Of a DNA stretch of 64,000 nt, positions 20,917 to 30,466 are shown piece by piece. The notes under the pieces are model-generated. The model saw only the letters and a list, made by a program, of their open reading frames with translations. It ran no database searches and was not told the origin of the DNA. Position numbers and translations under genes: made by a program. Every line of letters begins with the position of its first letter. Position 1 is the stretch's first letter. Source of the DNA: an uncultured Candidatus Saccharibacteria bacterium (GTDB taxonomy: Bacteria; Patescibacteriota; Minisyncoccia; Phycocordibacterales; CSBR16-119); assembly GCA_964355515.1 (NCBI GenBank), contig CAYHDV010000002.1, positions 6,622-70,621 on the forward strand, written 5' to 3'.

Positions 20917-20995
20917 TGTTTGGAATGCTATCCGTAGCATTCCTCACCTCCACCAACTTCGCTAATCTGCTCAAAATAAAAAATCCTATCCTGAG

Positions 20996-21068
20996 AGCCA
21001 GAGAGAAGATTCGAACTCCCGACCTTCGCTTTACAAAAGCGTTGCTCTACCAACTGAGCTACTCTGGC
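20996..21068 (-). tRNA. tRNA-Thr(UGU), CCA not encoded
   Basis: GCCAGAG/CTCTGGC acceptor, AGCTCAGTTGGTAGAGC D-arm, TT-TGT-AA loop, GTTCGAATC T-loop. Confidence 0.96.
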
Positions 21069-21137
21069 TCTCAAAATAGGATTTAGTTATTTCAGTTACT
21101 TAATCACTGTTTTATTTTATTTATTTTTAAACTTCTG

Positions 21138-21539
21138 TCAATCATTATGCTTGTCTAGGTTCTTCTGAAATTTTGTCAATTCTTTTTTGTAATCTCTGAT
21201 TACCCCTAGAAAGGCAGATGGGTTTTCTCCTGAGCTAACTTTTTTATGAATCAGTCTTTCTTTGACATATTCACGCAGTTCACTGATTACTTGTTTTATC
21301 AGGAAATTTGCGAATACCAATATTTTTAGAAAAAGAAGTATCGCTAGTTTAAAAATATTTTTTCCATACCAAGTTGTTATTTCTTTTGTTTCCACCACCT
21401 TTGTGTAGAGTTTTCTGTCCTTGTGGAGAGAGTCCTCTGGAGCTTTGATTTCTCCTATTCTAATTTTATATATACGAATATATATAAAAAGAAGAGAGAC
21501 TATGAGAGCTATAGCAAAGATGATAATAAAGGCTAACAT
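21138..21539 (-). CDS. Hypothetical membrane protein
   Basis: N-terminal TM; immediately downstream of tsf. Confidence 0.7.
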   Translation of the reverse strand: MLAFIIIFAIALIVSLLFIYIRIYKIRIGEIKAPEDSLHKDRKLYTKVVETKEITTWYGKNIFKLAILLFLKILVFANFLIKQVISELREYVKERLIHKKVSSGENPSAFLGVIRDYKKELTKFQKNLDKHND

Positions 21540-21545
21540 AAAGTA

Positions 21546-22322
21546 TTAGATTGATTGAACCTTGTATGATTCAATTGTGAGGTTACCCCCATCTTTAAGA
21601 ATTTGAGAGATTGTTTTACTTGGATCCTTGATAAAGACTTGGGAAAGAAGTACTTGCTCTTTGAAATATGAAGCCATTTTTCCTTCAAGAATTTTATCAT
21701 GCATTTCTTTTGGCTTGTTTTCTTTTGCCAATTCTTCTGTAAAAAATTCTCTAGCCTTATCTTTGTCATGTTGAGGGATTTCTTCCTCGGTGATATAGGT
21801 AGGCTTCATTGCTGTTATTTGCATCGCAATATCTTTTGCGATTTGAGTAGTTCCTCCAGAAAGTGCCACCACTGCCACATTTTTATTATTGTGTTGGTAT
21901 GATCCAATAACTGTTCCTGTCATTTCTCCTATTTCACCAAGCTGGATGTTCTCACCAACTTTTTGGATTCCTTCGGCAACTTTGTCATCAGAGATTGCTT
22001 TCATTGCCTCTATACCTTCTGTAAAAGCTTTTTCTACTAGTTCTGCCGCGATAGCTTTGAAGTCTTCATTTTTTGCCACGAAATCAGTTTCGCAGTGCAG
22101 GGTAAGAAGCATCGCTTTTGAGGTAGATTCCTTTATTACGACTATACCATCTTTGGCATCTCGGTCTGCTTTCTTTGCAGCAGCTGCACCTGACTTCTTT
22201 TTAAGGATTATAAGAGCTTTTTCCATATCTCCATCAGCCTCTTCGAGTGCTTTTTTACATTGCATAATTGAGACACTTGTTTGCTCTCTCAATTCCTTCA
22301 CTTGTTCCATTGTTATAGACAT
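21546..22322 (-). CDS. tsf: Elongation factor Ts
   Basis: VKELREQT..MQCKKAL, CETDFVAKN. Confidence 0.97.
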   Translation of the reverse strand: MSITMEQVKELREQTSVSIMQCKKALEEADGDMEKALIILKKKSGAAAAKKADRDAKDGIVVIKESTSKAMLLTLHCETDFVAKNEDFKAIAAELVEKAFTEGIEAMKAISDDKVAEGIQKVGENIQLGEIGEMTGTVIGSYQHNNKNVAVVALSGGTTQIAKDIAMQITAMKPTYITEEEIPQHDKDKAREFFTEELAKENKPKEMHDKILEGKMASYFKEQVLLSQVFIKDPSKTISQILKDGGNLTIESYKVQSI

Positions 22323-22396
22323 GTTGTTTTTTTGGATATTAATTAAAGTGCTAATAAATAGACATAAGATTTATTATATCGTATGTCTAAAAACTT

Positions 22397-23083
22397 TTAA
22401 GCTCTAGCTTCTTTGTAGGCGTTGATAAGTCCTTCAATAAAGTATTTTACACTTGTAATAGACCCATCGTTTGCTGGAATAGGGAAGTTGATTCCTCGAA
22501 TATCACAATCAGTACTTGCAAGTGCGATAATTGGAATGTGGATTCTCTGGGCTTCTGTAACAGCGATATGTTCGTGTCGTGGGTCCACCACAACAACAAG
22601 ATCTGGTGTCTTACCCATATCTTCGATTCCTCCGAAATAATAAGCAAGTTTGTCAGCTTCTCGTTGAATCATCAGCTGTTCTTTTTTTGTATATTTCTTG
22701 ATATCTCCTGTCTCTTGCATTGTTCGGATTTCTTTTATTCGAGCAATTCGTTTTTTGATTTCAGAGAAGTTTGTAAGCGCACCACCAACCCATCGGTCAA
22801 CCACATATGGCATACCAATTGATTCTGCTGCATCTTTCATAATTTTTCTTGACTCAGCTTTTACTCCGACAAAAAGAATTTTCTTGTCTCCTTGAGCAAA
22901 TGTTTTTATATAATCTTTTGCTTCTTCAAATTTTAAAGAAGTCTTTGATAGATCGATAATATCGGTCCCGTTCTTTGTTCCGTACACATAGTCTCTCATA
23001 GAAGGGTGTCTTCGGGCTCGTGAGAACCCGTAGTGTGCTCCTACTTCAAACATTTGTGTGGTTGTATCTTTGTCTGTAGACAT
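22397..23083 (-). CDS. rpsB: 30S ribosomal protein S2
   Basis: GAHYG..HPSM, ILFVGVK, RWVGGALTNF, IPAND; start reassigned to ATG 23083. Confidence 0.97.
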   Translation of the reverse strand: MSTDKDTTTQMFEVGAHYGFSRARRHPSMRDYVYGTKNGTDIIDLSKTSLKFEEAKDYIKTFAQGDKKILFVGVKAESRKIMKDAAESIGMPYVVDRWVGGALTNFSEIKKRIARIKEIRTMQETGDIKKYTKKEQLMIQREADKLAYYFGGIEDMGKTPDLVVVVDPRHEHIAVTEAQRIHIPIIALASTDCDIRGINFPIPANDGSITSVKYFIEGLINAYKEARA

Positions 23084-23348
23084 ATCTTTTTTAAATAGGG
23101 GATATTCGAACCATAATTGATTTGAATAACACCTTGTGATATTGGCCTGAATTTCTAAGGGCAATTAGCCCCGAACCAAAATGTTTATTATTAATAAAAC
23201 AATCTCTATATGAGATCATTCGACAGGGTCGATAATACCAGAGAAAGTCAGATTTTACAAGGAGAAATTGGGGTGGTTTTTCTTTTATTAAAATCTTTGT
23301 TTTTTTACTTTAAGACTAAAGACTGTGCAATCTTCATGTAATATACCC

Positions 23349-23534
23349 GTCATCCTGAATTTATTTCAGGATCTATTAAATATCAAAAAGATGCTGAAAC
23401 AAGTTCAGCATGACAAGCTCAAGTGTCAGAACCCCCTCAATCTCCCCCTTGAAAAGGGGGAGAGGGGCCCTAGTTCAAATAATCACAAAAGCTCCCAAAC
23501 TTGCGTCATTCCCGCGAACGCGGGAATCCAGAAA
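23349..23534. repeat. Mosaic of REP-like palindromes
   Basis: Inverted doublet 23349-23374/23389-23414, TCTCCCCCTT..AAGGGGGAGA hairpin, GTCATTCCCGCGAACGCGGGAATCCA. Confidence 0.85.
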
Positions 23535-23611
23535 AAGAAAACAGCCTCGCGGATTCGCGAGGCTGTTTTATAAATATTACTCTATATCAAGAGTCTTTTA
23601 ATCGCCACTTT

Positions 23612-23917
23612 CTATTTTAGTGATCTGAGCACCATGACTAAACCAGCTATAGATGAAAAGCTTGGGTGCTGTATTCTAGCCTTTTCTGCAGACACCACAA
23701 TTGAACTCTTGATGAGTCCAGTATCGATGCCATAGGCCTTTTCAAGGTGTTTACATGTTGAGTAGATCCCCAGTAGCTTAGCTTGGTTAGATTCATCTAT
23801 TAAATCAAGTGCATAGATCTCAGTAAAAAATTTTTGAGTCGCCTTGATAATTTCCAGAGGGTTTTGTGATTCTTGAGCTTTTTTGAAATCATCGAAATAG
23901 GTTGCAATGTCCATCAT
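23612..23917 (-). CDS. Hypothetical protein
   Basis: ATG ORF with its own promoter-like TTGACT upstream. Confidence 0.6.
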   Translation of the reverse strand: MMDIATYFDDFKKAQESQNPLEIIKATQKFFTEIYALDLIDESNQAKLLGIYSTCKHLEKAYGIDTGLIKSSIVVSAEKARIQHPSFSSIAGLVMVLRSLK

Positions 23918-24033
23918 TATTTTTTAAGTGGTTCAAATTTATTAAGATATTAACATATATAAATTTAAAAGTCAAGCAATATAGAAAATCTCCTTTTTGC
24001 CTTTCTCTCCCTTTTCAAGTATTATTGAATCTA

Positions 24034-25272
24034 ATGAGACAATCTAAACTATTCACCAAAACACGAAAAGAGGCCCCAAAAGATGAGGTGTCAAAAAACG
24101 CACAACTCCTTATTCGAGCTGGTTTTATTCACAAGGAAATGGCTGGCATTTACTCTTTCTTGCCTCTGGGTCTTCGTGTTATTGAGAAGATTTCAGATAT
24201 TATTAGAGAACAGATGTCGCTCGTAGGTGGTATTGAAATGCAGTCAGCTGCATTTCAGAAAAAAGAAACATGGGAGAAGACAGGAAGATGGAATGACGAG
24301 GTTGTCGATAATTGGTTTAAAACATCTCTAAAGGGAGGAGGAGAGCTTGGGCTTGCCTTTACTCACGAAGAGCCTTTGACTGCGATGATGAAAAGCTTCG
24401 TCTCGTCTTACAAGGATCTTCCTGTCTACCCATATGACATTCGTTCAGTGTTTCGAAATGAAGCTCGAGCAAAGTCCGGTGTGATGCGAGGAAGAGAGTT
24501 TTTTTGGAAAGCCCTTTATTCTTTTTCACAGGATGACGCTGAACATTTGGCCTTCTATGAAAAGATGAAAAAAGCCTACAAAAATGTATTTGAGCGAACA
24601 GGTCTTGGAGAGTCTACCTATATCACCTTTGCCTCTGGGGGAAGTTTCTCAAAATATTCTCACGAGTTCCAAACTATTTCTCCAGCAGGAGAAGACATTA
24701 TTTATGTTCACAAAGGCAAGGGTATTGCTGTGAATAAGGAAGTGTATACAGACGAAGTCCTAGCTGAACTTGGGCTTGATAAAAGTGAGCTTGTAGAAGA
24801 GAAAGCAATTGAGACAGGGAATATCTTTTCTCTTGGGACAAAATTCTCAGAACCTCTGGAACTCACGTATACCAATGAAGCAGGAGAAAATAAATTTGTG
24901 GTCATGGGATCATATGGTATTGGTATATCTCGACTTGTTGGCGTTATCGCAGAGACTCTTTCTGACGATCGTGGGCTTATCTGGCCAGCATCGGTATCGC
25001 CTTTTGATATACATTTGATTAGTCTTGGAAAAGATGAGGAGGCAAATGATTTGTATTCTAAACTGAAAGAGCAGGGACTAGAGGTGCTTTTTGATGATAG
25101 AGAGGCTTCTGCAGGAGAAAAATTTGCAGACAGCGATTTGATTGGTATACCACTCCGAGTTGTTGTCTCTGGAAGAAGCTTGGAAGCTGGAGGAGTGGAA
25201 GTAAAAGAGCGAACGACTGAAAAAGGTGAAGTGCTTGCAATTAATGAATTGCTTGGTAGATTTAAAAAATAA
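24034..25272 (+). CDS. proS: Prolyl-tRNA synthetase (short form without INS editing domain)
   Basis: LLIRAGFI, THEE, FRNEAR, MGSYGIGISR; start reassigned to ATG 24034. Confidence 0.95.
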   Translation: MRQSKLFTKTRKEAPKDEVSKNAQLLIRAGFIHKEMAGIYSFLPLGLRVIEKISDIIREQMSLVGGIEMQSAAFQKKETWEKTGRWNDEVVDNWFKTSLKGGGELGLAFTHEEPLTAMMKSFVSSYKDLPVYPYDIRSVFRNEARAKSGVMRGREFFWKALYSFSQDDAEHLAFYEKMKKAYKNVFERTGLGESTYITFASGGSFSKYSHEFQTISPAGEDIIYVHKGKGIAVNKEVYTDEVLAELGLDKSELVEEKAIETGNIFSLGTKFSEPLELTYTNEAGENKFVVMGSYGIGISRLVGVIAETLSDDRGLIWPASVSPFDIHLISLGKDEEANDLYSKLKEQGLEVLFDDREASAGEKFADSDLIGIPLRVVVSGRSLEAGGVEVKERTTEKGEVLAINELLGRFKK

Positions 25273-25274
25273 GT

Positions 25275-26330
25275 ATGTTTAAAAAGATTGAACAATTATA
25301 TAACCGATTTTCAAATGATATCGGGATTGATTTAGGTACAGCCAATACTTTGGTTTATTTGCGCGGTCATGGGATTGTGATTACCGAGCCATCAGTTGTG
25401 GCTATCAATATCAAAACAGACCAAGTGGTGGCAGTGGGATCTGAAGCCAAGAAGATGCTTGGGAGAACTCCGGGCCACATCAAAGCTATTCGCCCTATTG
25501 TTGATGGTGTAATTTCTGATTATGAAATTACAGAAGAAATGCTTAGCTATTTTATTAACAAAGCAGAAAAAATTTCTAAAAAACTTTTTAGACCAAGAGT
25601 GGTGGTGGGTATTCCATCGGACATCACAAATGTCGAGATGAGAGCTGTGGTGGATGCTTCTCGATCTGCAGGAGCAAGAGAAGTATATATTGTAGAAGAG
25701 CCCATGGCCGCGGCTATTGGTATACGGATGCCGATCAAAGAGCCAGTGGGGAGCATGATTGTTGATATTGGTGGAGGGACAACAGACATTGCCGTCATCT
25801 CTCTTGGGGGAATTGTACAGTCAAAAAGTATGAAAGTAGCAGGGGATTTGCTCAATCAAGATATTATGAATTATCTTAAAGATGAATTCAAATTGCTTGT
25901 CGGAGAGAAGACAGCCGAGCATGTAAAAATAACAATTGGTTCAGTATCTGAAAAACAAAATGAAGAAGTTTCTGTGAGAGGGAGAGACCTGATCACTGGT
26001 CTTCCAAGAGAGGTGATTATAACCGCAGGTGATGTTAGGGAGGCTATTTCTGGATCTGTTAACCTGCTTATAGATGGGATAAAGGAGGTGCTGGAAACAA
26101 CTCCACCTGAAATCCTTTCAGACGTCATGAGAAGGGGTATTGTTCTTGTGGGTGGAGGGGCTCTTACTGATGGGCTTGCAGGATTACTTGAGGCAATTCT
26201 AAAAATTCCAATTAGAGTTTCAGAAGACCCTTTGACAGCGGTTGCAAGAGGTACGGGTATTATTTTGGAAGATGTAGAATTTTATAAAGAATCCCTTGTC
26301 CCAGATGACTATGAATTACAAATTCGATAG
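25275..26330 (+). CDS. mreB: Rod shape-determining protein MreB
   Basis: IGIDLGTANT, EEPMAAAIG, VDIGGGTT. Confidence 0.97.
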   Translation: MFKKIEQLYNRFSNDIGIDLGTANTLVYLRGHGIVITEPSVVAINIKTDQVVAVGSEAKKMLGRTPGHIKAIRPIVDGVISDYEITEEMLSYFINKAEKISKKLFRPRVVVGIPSDITNVEMRAVVDASRSAGAREVYIVEEPMAAAIGIRMPIKEPVGSMIVDIGGGTTDIAVISLGGIVQSKSMKVAGDLLNQDIMNYLKDEFKLLVGEKTAEHVKITIGSVSEKQNEEVSVRGRDLITGLPREVIITAGDVREAISGSVNLLIDGIKEVLETTPPEILSDVMRRGIVLVGGGALTDGLAGLLEAILKIPIRVSEDPLTAVARGTGIILEDVEFYKESLVPDDYELQIR

Positions 26331-27123
26331 AAAAAAAAATAAAACAAAAATGGTAACTTTTATAGTTATTATTTTTGTTTTTTTGTTGATCTTTCTTCGG
26401 AAGCCAATATTTTCTTTATTTGGTAATCCGGTGTCAGAGATTAGTACTCCTTTGTGGGGGATAAGTCAGTTTCTTTCTGGAGAAATCACAGAAAACTTTC
26501 TCTCTCTTCAATCAAAAAAAACTCTTGTGAAAAAACTCATGGAACTTCAAGAGTCATTTAAAAGTATGCATTCTTTGGAGCAAGAGAGAGATACACTAGC
26601 TAAGGAAAATACAGAACTTCAAAAGACCTTGGGATTGTACAGAGAATTCCAATTTGATAAAACAGCGAGGGTTTTGGCCAGGCCTCCAAAGATTTCTTAT
26701 GATACCTTGCTGATTGATATAGGAGAAAAAGACGGGGTACTGATGGGGGATTTGGTTTTTTCGGGTGAGAATATTTTGTTGGGAGAAATAAGCGACATAA
26801 GGAGAAGTTCGTCTCTTGTGGAGCTTTATTCAACCCCTCTTCGTGAGACTGAGGTTAGATTGCCAACTTCTGGTTTGGCACTGACTTTTGTGGGTAGAGG
26901 AGGTGGAGCCTTCTCTGTCGCTATTCCTAGAGATATCCCTGCAGAAGAGGGAGAGAGCATTCTCTCTTCAAGAGAGGGTAGTTATTTAGTTGGAGTAATT
27001 TCTCGTATAACAGGAAACCCTCAAGACCCAGTGAAAACAATTATTGCAAAATCTCCGATAAATATGAATTACCTGCACTATGTTTTTATTAAAAGAACAG
27101 TTGTTCATGAGCAAGAAATTTAA
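26311..27123 (+). CDS. mreC: Rod shape-determining protein MreC
   Basis: TM plus coiled coil, LLIDIGEKDGV..GD, LLGEI; follows mreB. Confidence 0.85.
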   Translation: MNYKFDRKKNKTKMVTFIVIIFVFLLIFLRKPIFSLFGNPVSEISTPLWGISQFLSGEITENFLSLQSKKTLVKKLMELQESFKSMHSLEQERDTLAKENTELQKTLGLYREFQFDKTARVLARPPKISYDTLLIDIGEKDGVLMGDLVFSGENILLGEISDIRRSSSLVELYSTPLRETEVRLPTSGLALTFVGRGGGAFSVAIPRDIPAEEGESILSSREGSYLVGVISRITGNPQDPVKTIIAKSPINMNYLHYVFIKRTVVHEQEI

Positions 27124-28339
27124 TTTTAAAATTACAGATAGACTAGACGGGACGCTGGTTAGAGTCGGTGTTATTTCCACAATTCATGGTGACATTGAGA
27201 CGCCATCTTTTGTTGTTGTTGGGACAAAGGCAACAGTCAAGACATTAACTCCAGAACAAATAAATGAGCTCGGTGCACAGGTGGTACTTGCAAACACCTA
27301 CCACTTGTATATGCAGCCGGGGGCAGATATTGTCAGAAAAGCAGGAGGCTTTGCTAAAATGATGAATTATTCTGGGCCTACAATGACAGATTCTGGTGGG
27401 TTCCAAGTATTTTCTCTAGGTGAAGCTTTCGGTACAAAGGTTTCAAAAGTAGCAAGCGGAGAAGATAAGACTGTGACAGAAAAAAATAAATCTGAGAACA
27501 AGTCTCACGAAAGATTAGCAAAAATAGACGAAGAAGGAGTGACTTTCAAATCTCATCTTGACGGATCTCTACACAGATTTACACCGGAGTCTTCCATGGA
27601 AGTTCAGTGGGATCTCGGAGCAGATATGATTTTTGCTTTTGATGAATGCACAAGCCCTCTTGCTAACAAAGAATATCAAAGAGAGGCAATGGAAAGAACT
27701 CACAGGTGGGCAAAGAGAAGTCTTGCTCGTCACACAGAGCTTGATCCTGAAAATATTCAAGCACTTTTTGCTGTTGTACAAGGAGGGAGATTTGAAGATT
27801 TGAGAGTAGAATCAGCAAAGACTCTTGCCGAAATGAAATTAGAAACAGGAGAGGAATTTGATGGTTTCGGGATAGGGGGATCTTTCAACAAAGAAGATAT
27901 GGGGAATGCTGTTCGCTGGGTAAATGAACAGTTGCCAGAAGATAAGCCAAGACATCTGCTTGGTATAGGAGACCCTCTAGATTTATTTGAAGGGGTAGAA
28001 AATGGATGCGACCTGTTCGACTGTGTGTCACCGACACGCCTTGCGAGGCACGGTGTCCTCTACACGGTAGATGGTCCCATAAATATTTTTAATGCTAAAT
28101 TTAAAGAAGATTTCTCTTCTATTGATCTAGGGACTCCTTCATATACTTCAAAAAACTATACGAAAGCGTATTTGGCACACTTGTTTCGAGCAGGAGAGAT
28201 GACAGGGCAAACCCTCGCTTCAATCCATAACTTATATTTTATAGTGACACTTGTAGACAAGATTAGAGCTTCAGTAAAAGATGGTACTTTTTTTGAATTT
28301 AAAAAAGAGTTTTTGGGGAGGTATGGGAAGAGGGGGTAG
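27107..28339 (+). CDS. tgt: tRNA-guanine transglycosylase
   Basis: LANTYHL, TDSGGFQVFSL, FDEC, VQGG, PRHLLGIG, FDCVSPTR. Confidence 0.96.
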   Translation: MSKKFNFKITDRLDGTLVRVGVISTIHGDIETPSFVVVGTKATVKTLTPEQINELGAQVVLANTYHLYMQPGADIVRKAGGFAKMMNYSGPTMTDSGGFQVFSLGEAFGTKVSKVASGEDKTVTEKNKSENKSHERLAKIDEEGVTFKSHLDGSLHRFTPESSMEVQWDLGADMIFAFDECTSPLANKEYQREAMERTHRWAKRSLARHTELDPENIQALFAVVQGGRFEDLRVESAKTLAEMKLETGEEFDGFGIGGSFNKEDMGNAVRWVNEQLPEDKPRHLLGIGDPLDLFEGVENGCDLFDCVSPTRLARHGVLYTVDGPINIFNAKFKEDFSSIDLGTPSYTSKNYTKAYLAHLFRAGEMTGQTLASIHNLYFIVTLVDKIRASVKDGTFFEFKKEFLGRYGKRG

Positions 28340-28400
28340 AGGTTGACCTGTTGTTTATTTTTTGTATAATCAAAATAAACTAACTTAAAAACTGGATAAC

Positions 28401-29063
28401 ATGACACGTTTGAAATACATACGTATGCCTGAGGGAAAAAGGAAAACCCAAATTGGAATTTTAGGAGCTTTTTGTCGAAACTTTTTTCCCATTGGTCTGG
28501 GATATGGATTCCCTGATCCCAAAACTGGAGAAATTATTTTTTTCTCAGCCAAGGAATTAAAAGAATCAAAGGGTATATTTAAGATTACCTCAAAGAAAAG
28601 AGGTAAAAAAACTTCATATTTCTTGGAATCTGAAAGTCTTATGAAAGGGCAAAGGCTCCCAGCTGAAATTGGGTCGCTTTTGTATGATCTTCAAGAATTT
28701 GACAAGTATTTTGGAGCTTATCGGGATTGTGAAGCTCGAGTTTACTCGCTATTAGATTTTACTCTTTCGAGTGTGAGCTCTAATCCTGCTGTTGCGAGAA
28801 GTATCAAGAGCTACTTTGCACCCGATGAAAAATTTCGTGATTTTTTCAAAGAGTGGAAAGCTCTTGTTGATTTAAAAAATGAAAACATTAAAAACCAAGA
28901 GTACGAAAAAGCTTCAGAAGAAAGAATTTCTGAGGTTGATAAAAGTAAAGAAATGGTTGTATACCTCCAGGATAAATTTCCTGGAACTCGTTGCTTCAAA
29001 TTTGAAAAAGTGCTTAGAGACGTTTTGGTTGAAACATCAAAGATGATGTTTGTTGCATTATAG
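28401..29063 (+). CDS. Hypothetical protein with UVR-like coiled-coil motif
   Basis: KNENIKNQEYEKASEER resembles the UvrB/C motif; own promoter and terminator. Confidence 0.6.
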   Translation: MTRLKYIRMPEGKRKTQIGILGAFCRNFFPIGLGYGFPDPKTGEIIFFSAKELKESKGIFKITSKKRGKKTSYFLESESLMKGQRLPAEIGSLLYDLQEFDKYFGAYRDCEARVYSLLDFTLSSVSSNPAVARSIKSYFAPDEKFRDFFKEWKALVDLKNENIKNQEYEKASEERISEVDKSKEMVVYLQDKFPGTRCFKFEKVLRDVLVETSKMMFVAL

Positions 29064-29126
29064 AAAAAAAGCCCCGCCGAATTTCGGTGGGGCTTTCTTA
29101 TTTTCATATATGCTATACTTTCCCTC

Positions 29127-29534
29127 ATGAAAAAGAATGAAAAACAAAAAATAGCAAAAGACACCATTCCACGAAGGTCTTCTGCGGGTATTGGACTTTT
29201 TGCAAGAGAAGATATCAAAAAAGGTGAATTTATTATTGAATATGTTGGGGAGATTGTAGACAGGAAAGAAGCTGACAATAGAGGTGGTAAATATCTTTTT
29301 GAGACAAACAAAAACCGTGTTGTTGATGGTAAAGATAGGTCAAACAAAGCGCGATATATAAATCATGCGTGCAAACCAAATGCTGAAGTGACTATCGAGA
29401 GAGGGCATATAAATATCTATGCTATTAAAAATATAAAAGCCGAAGAGGAGATAAATTATGATTATGGTAAAGAGTATACTGATGAGTATTGTACTCCATG
29501 CCTGTGTTCCACATGCGTAGCTAAGAAGTCTTAA
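29127..29534 (+). CDS. SET domain lysine methyltransferase
   Basis: GIGLFA, EYVGE, ARYINHACKPN, EEINYDYG, CLCSTC post-SET. Confidence 0.92.
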   Translation: MKKNEKQKIAKDTIPRRSSAGIGLFAREDIKKGEFIIEYVGEIVDRKEADNRGGKYLFETNKNRVVDGKDRSNKARYINHACKPNAEVTIERGHINIYAIKNIKAEEEINYDYGKEYTDEYCTPCLCSTCVAKKS

Positions 29535-29598
29535 TCCAAAAAAAGATAGCCTTAAAACAAGACTATCTTTTTTAATAGGGAAATGGGATAATTGTTAT

Positions 29599-29691
29599 AT
29601 GGAATTTCTTAGCGGAATGATCAAGGGTTTGATAGATATTATTATGTTGCCATTTACCATATTTTTTGGTGATGGCAAAGATAAAAAATAA
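29599..29691 (+). CDS. 30-aa hydrophobic small protein
   Basis: MEFLSGMIKGLIDIIMLPFTIFFGDGKDKK, ends 6 nt before the ZIP gene. Confidence 0.5.
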   Translation: MEFLSGMIKGLIDIIMLPFTIFFGDGKDKK

Positions 29692-29697
29692 AACATT

Positions 29698-30441
29698 ATG
29701 TTATATAGCATAATCTCTGGAATAGCCATTGTTCTTGTTTCTTTTGTGGGGTTATTTTTTACTTCACCAAAAATAAAAAAGTATTTAACAAAACATCTTT
29801 CATTTTTTGTATCTTTTTCTGCCGGAGTATTTTTTCTTGTTTCTTTTGATCTTGTCAAAGAATCAATTGAAATGGGGCCAGTTTCCCTTGTCTTAGTTTC
29901 TGCAATTCTTGGTTTTATATTTTTCTATGTATTTGAAAAAATAATACCAGAATCTCATCACCATCATGGAGATGATTGTGATCATCCTCATAAGAGAAAG
30001 AATTCATTAAAAATGCTTGTGGGTGATGCGTTCCACAAGGTAGCAGATGGATTGATTATTTTTCCAGCATTTATCATAGGCTTTTCTGTTGGATTAGTCA
30101 CTGTTATTGGGATATTGATTCACGAAATTATCTACAATATATCTGAATACTTCGTACTGATTGACTCTGGCTACACAAACAAGCAAGCTCTCACCAGAAA
30201 TGCCCTTACTTCTTTTTCTGTATTTATTGGTATTTTCTTAGGGTCATTGATTCTTTACACAGAAGACATCCAAGTTTTTTTCTTATCCTTTTCTGCTGGG
30301 GCATTTTTATACTTAGTTTTCCACGACTTGATTCCACTACATCTGTTTAGGACTGATAGAGCAAAAGCCTTTAAGCATATCTTGTTTTTTGTCGCTGGTA
30401 TAGGGGTACTTTTCTTAGCCACCTTCCATCTCCCACATTAG
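29698..30441 (+). CDS. ZIP family metal transporter
   Basis: SFSAG, HHHHGDDCDHPH loop, GDAFHKVADG, HEI. Confidence 0.9.
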   Translation: MLYSIISGIAIVLVSFVGLFFTSPKIKKYLTKHLSFFVSFSAGVFFLVSFDLVKESIEMGPVSLVLVSAILGFIFFYVFEKIIPESHHHHGDDCDHPHKRKNSLKMLVGDAFHKVADGLIIFPAFIIGFSVGLVTVIGILIHEIIYNISEYFVLIDSGYTNKQALTRNALTSFSVFIGIFLGSLILYTEDIQVFFLSFSAGAFLYLVFHDLIPLHLFRTDRAKAFKHILFFVAGIGVLFLATFHLPH

Positions 30442-30466
30442 AAATTTTTGTGTATAATCTCTTATT

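Noticed and set aside
20751-21086. 111-aa ORF with internal repeat
   Set aside because: It is the antisense reading of tRNA-Thr and its duplicated fragments
23325-23601. ORFs across the REP mosaic (also 32435-32766 and 63170-63636)
   Set aside because: Translations of palindromic repeats or antisense to real genes; no protein motifs
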